The translations under genes were made by a program, and so were the position numbers. From NCBI GenBank assembly GCA_964504165.1, contig CAZDDH010000002.1, positions 24,327-88,326 of the forward strand: a DNA stretch of 64,000 nucleotides, given 5' to 3'. Source of the stretch: an uncultured Rickettsiales bacterium (GTDB taxonomy: Bacteria; Myxococcota_A; UBA796; UBA9615; CAYRNR01). The notes below the pieces were generated by a model. That model was not told the origin of the DNA, did no database searches, and saw only the letters and a program-made list of their open reading frames with translations. Positions 61,753 through 64,000 of this stretch are shown here, piece by piece; the stretch's first letter is position 1, and each line of letters opens with the position of its first letter.

Positions 61753-63093
61753 ATGTCCGATGCACCCCGCCTGGCCGAATACCGAACCGTCGAAGCCGCG
61801 GGCAAGGTGTTCCTGTTCATCGTCCCGTCCTCGGCCCTGTTCCAGGTGGACCGCGAGCTGGCCGATGCCCTTGGCGCTGGCGGAGATCCCGGATCCGAAA
61901 TCCTGCGCACCAGGGGGAGCGATCTGCGGGAGATGGGCCTTCTCGACCCGGCCCGCCTCGCCGACCCCATCCCACGGCCCGGGCAGCTCACCACGGTGGT
62001 GCTCAACCTCACCCATCGCTGCGAGCTCCGCTGCGCTTACTGCTACGGCCAGGCCAGGCCCCGCCCGGCGATGCAGGACATGCCGGTGGCGACGGCCGTC
62101 GCCGCGGTGGAGTTCCTCTTAGACCGTCTGCCCCCCGCCCGCCCCGCGGGGCTCACCGTATTTTGCGGCGCGCCCCGGGGCAACATGCCCGCCCTGTCCG
62201 CGGCCGCCGAGCGCGCCATCGAACTCGCCACCTCGTCCGGCAGGGAGCTGCGCTTCGCCATCACCACGTCCGCCCTCTCCCTCACCCCCGAAGCGGTCTC
62301 GCTGCTCACCGCGCTGCGGGCCCGGGTGACGGTCAGCATCGATGGCCCGCCGCAGCTCCACGATGGGTGCCGGCCGGCCCGCGACGGGCAGGGCAGCTAC
62401 CAGCGCTCCGCGGCCGGGCTGAGGTTGCTGGGGGCCCGCAACGACGTCACCGGCCGCGCGACGCTCACCCGGCTGGCCCCGGATCCGGTGGCCGTGGTGG
62501 ACCACCTGCTCGGCCTGGGCCTGCGCCGGGTCGGGGTGTCCACCGCCGACGTGGCCGGGGAGCTGGCCATGGACGAACGGGCGTTGCGGCTGCTGGACGA
62601 GGGCATGGAGGCTCTGGCGGACCGATACCTGGAGCAGGCGGCCGGCGGCGGGCACCTACCGCTGAGCAATCTGGACGGCCTGCTGCGCACGATCCACCGG
62701 GGCACCAACCGCACCTACCCGTGCGGTGCCGGGTTACGTCTGGCGGCCTGTGACACGGACGGTTCGCTCTACCTGTGCCACCGCATGCTCGGGCTGGAGG
62801 CGTACCGTACGGGCCACATCCATACCGGATTCGAAGGGCTGGAAGAGCGGGTCAGCGGGCTCTCCTTGGAGCAGCGCCCCGGCTGCACCGGATGCTGGGC
62901 CCGGTACCTGTGCGGCGGCGGCTGTCACCACGCCCATCACGTCGCTGGCTCCCCGACCGCAGAACTGACGGTCTGCCCGTCGATCCGCCGCTGGATGCAG
63001 CGGGCGCTGGAGGTGTACGCCGCCCTGATGGCCGACCACCCGGAATTCATCCAGCGCTTCATCGACCCCGCTCCCCCCTCCCCTGTGGAGTAG
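61753..63093 (+). CDS. qhpD: Radical SAM/SPASM thioether-forming maturase, QhpD/PeaB-like
   Basis: N-terminal LF.VPSSALF, LTTVVLN...CELRCAYC, TVSIDGP, PCGAG...LCHR and C..C..RYLC.GGC.H...C; immediately upstream of a qhpC-like gene. Confidence 0.85.
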   Translation: MSDAPRLAEYRTVEAAGKVFLFIVPSSALFQVDRELADALGAGGDPGSEILRTRGSDLREMGLLDPARLADPIPRPGQLTTVVLNLTHRCELRCAYCYGQARPRPAMQDMPVATAVAAVEFLLDRLPPARPAGLTVFCGAPRGNMPALSAAAERAIELATSSGRELRFAITTSALSLTPEAVSLLTALRARVTVSIDGPPQLHDGCRPARDGQGSYQRSAAGLRLLGARNDVTGRATLTRLAPDPVAVVDHLLGLGLRRVGVSTADVAGELAMDERALRLLDEGMEALADRYLEQAAGGGHLPLSNLDGLLRTIHRGTNRTYPCGAGLRLAACDTDGSLYLCHRMLGLEAYRTGHIHTGFEGLEERVSGLSLEQRPGCTGCWARYLCGGGCHHAHHVAGSPTAELTVCPSIRRWMQRALEVYAALMADHPEFIQRFIDPAPPSPVE

Positions 63094-63129
63094 CCAGGTG
63101 ATACCTTGTGGCTGAACGGAGATTGTCCG

Positions 63130-63423
63130 GTGAGCAACAAGATCAAGCCCATCAATCGCAAGGCCCGGATGCTGGCAACCCGGCGGGACCGGGAGACGGC
63201 CTACGCGTTCAGCGAGTGCTCGTCCGTGTTCGCTCCCGGCTGGGAGACAGGGCAATTCGGCGATCCCGATCCCTGCCCCTGGAAGCACGACCTGGAGCTG
63301 TGCTGGGCCACCTGCTACTGGACCGGCCAGGTCCCCGACATGTTCATGCACCCCGAGTGGCTGGGGGGCTGTGACGACATCAACTCCGACTGGCGCAACC
63401 TGTGCACGATCCCGGACATCTGA
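63130..63423 (+). CDS. qhpC: Quinohemoprotein amine dehydrogenase gamma-subunit-like precursor peptide (CTQ scaffold)
   Basis: Leader KPINRKAR; core C....PGWE...C....DL..C...C.W..QVPD.....P.W......DWR.L matches QhpC; GTG start after GGAGA. Confidence 0.88.
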   Translation: MSNKIKPINRKARMLATRRDRETAYAFSECSSVFAPGWETGQFGDPDPCPWKHDLELCWATCYWTGQVPDMFMHPEWLGGCDDINSDWRNLCTIPDI

Positions 63424-64000
63424 CGCGAGCCCCCGTTGTGGTGACGCTCCTGGCGGCCCTGCTGGCCTTCGCCGGCCGGCCCGCGGTCGCCGAGGCGGAC
63501 CACGCCTGGGTCGCCTCCACCACCATCCGGGTCGTCGATCTGGACAGGGGTGTGATCGTCGGTTCCGTGGACGTGGCAGAGGCGCAGGTGGTCCGCGAGA
63601 TCGTGTTCGATGGCGAGGGGAAGCGGGCGTACGTGGCCTCCATGGGGGGCCTGTTCGAGGTAGACACCGGCACCCTGGAGGTGCTGCGCTGCCTCAGCGA
63701 CCGCCCCACCGCCGCCCTGGCCATCGACGGGCAGGGCCAGCGCCTGGCGGCCCTTCACCTGCCCTACCCCGGCGACGGCCTGGCCCGGCGCGATCTGGGG
63801 CTGCCCGTCAGCACGACGCTCCAGATCTACGAACGGCGGGGAGGCGTGCCGCTATCCAGCGCCGAGATACACGGCCACCCGTTGCGCGTGCAGTATTCCG
63901 AGGACGGGCAGCGCCTGTACGTGATGGACGCCCAGGACGGGACCCTCTCCGTGTTCGATGGTGGAGCCACCGCCGTGGACGCCATCGATGTATTCACCGA
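63402..64000 (+). CDS. Exported YncE/QhpB-like beta-propeller protein (3' truncated)
   Basis: Not in the track; open to the window end. Signal peptide, then IRVVDL, IVFDGEGKRAYVAS and YSEDGQRLYVMD..DGTLSVFD blades. Start is 63402 or 63438. Confidence 0.7.
   Translation, partial: MHDPGHLTRAPVVVTLLAALLAFAGRPAVAEADHAWVASTTIRVVDLDRGVIVGSVDVAEAQVVREIVFDGEGKRAYVASMGGLFEVDTGTLEVLRCLSDRPTAALAIDGQGQRLAALHLPYPGDGLARRDLGLPVSTTLQIYERRGGVPLSSAEIHGHPLRVQYSEDGQRLYVMDAQDGTLSVFDGGATAVDAIDVFT

Overview
A 64-kb stretch of a high-GC (roughly two-thirds by eye), diderm bacterial chromosome. It is most consistent with Myxococcota or a related deltaproteobacterial lineage, inferred from a MYXO-CTERM tail, eukaryote-like Ser/Thr kinases, PilT and LPS heptosyltransferases. 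Most genes are housekeeping: queA-tgt-yajC-secD-secF, csrA, udg, coaBC, purMN, yicC-gmk-rel, an LPS-core glycosyltransferase cluster, pilT, ffh, dut, rbfA-truB-rpsO-pnp and trmB. These are interleaved with lineage-specific envelope and signalling genes. Main highlights: (1) At the right edge, a divergent quinohemoprotein amine dehydrogenase-like cluster (radical SAM qhpD, a six-Cys qhpC precursor and a beta-propeller) that starts without qhpA. (2) A 163-bp TA-flanked MITE-like hairpin whose insertion would have changed the rel stop codon from TAA to TAG. (3) Many intact ORFs with a substituted catalytic residue (GH57, kinase, caspase, M28 peptidase, Rel hydrolase, FAD oxidoreductase). (4) A membrane-spanning TPR/STAND-like ATPase. 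(5) A recurrent DDD[S/T]A motif in exported proteins, including an insertion in SecF. (6) A duplicated promoter-like 31-mer bracketing a GT-C-like gene. No rRNA, tRNA, CRISPR array or transposase was seen. All calls come from motif recognition by eye and no searches were run. Several starts were moved from the ORF track using RBS and stop/start overlap evidence.
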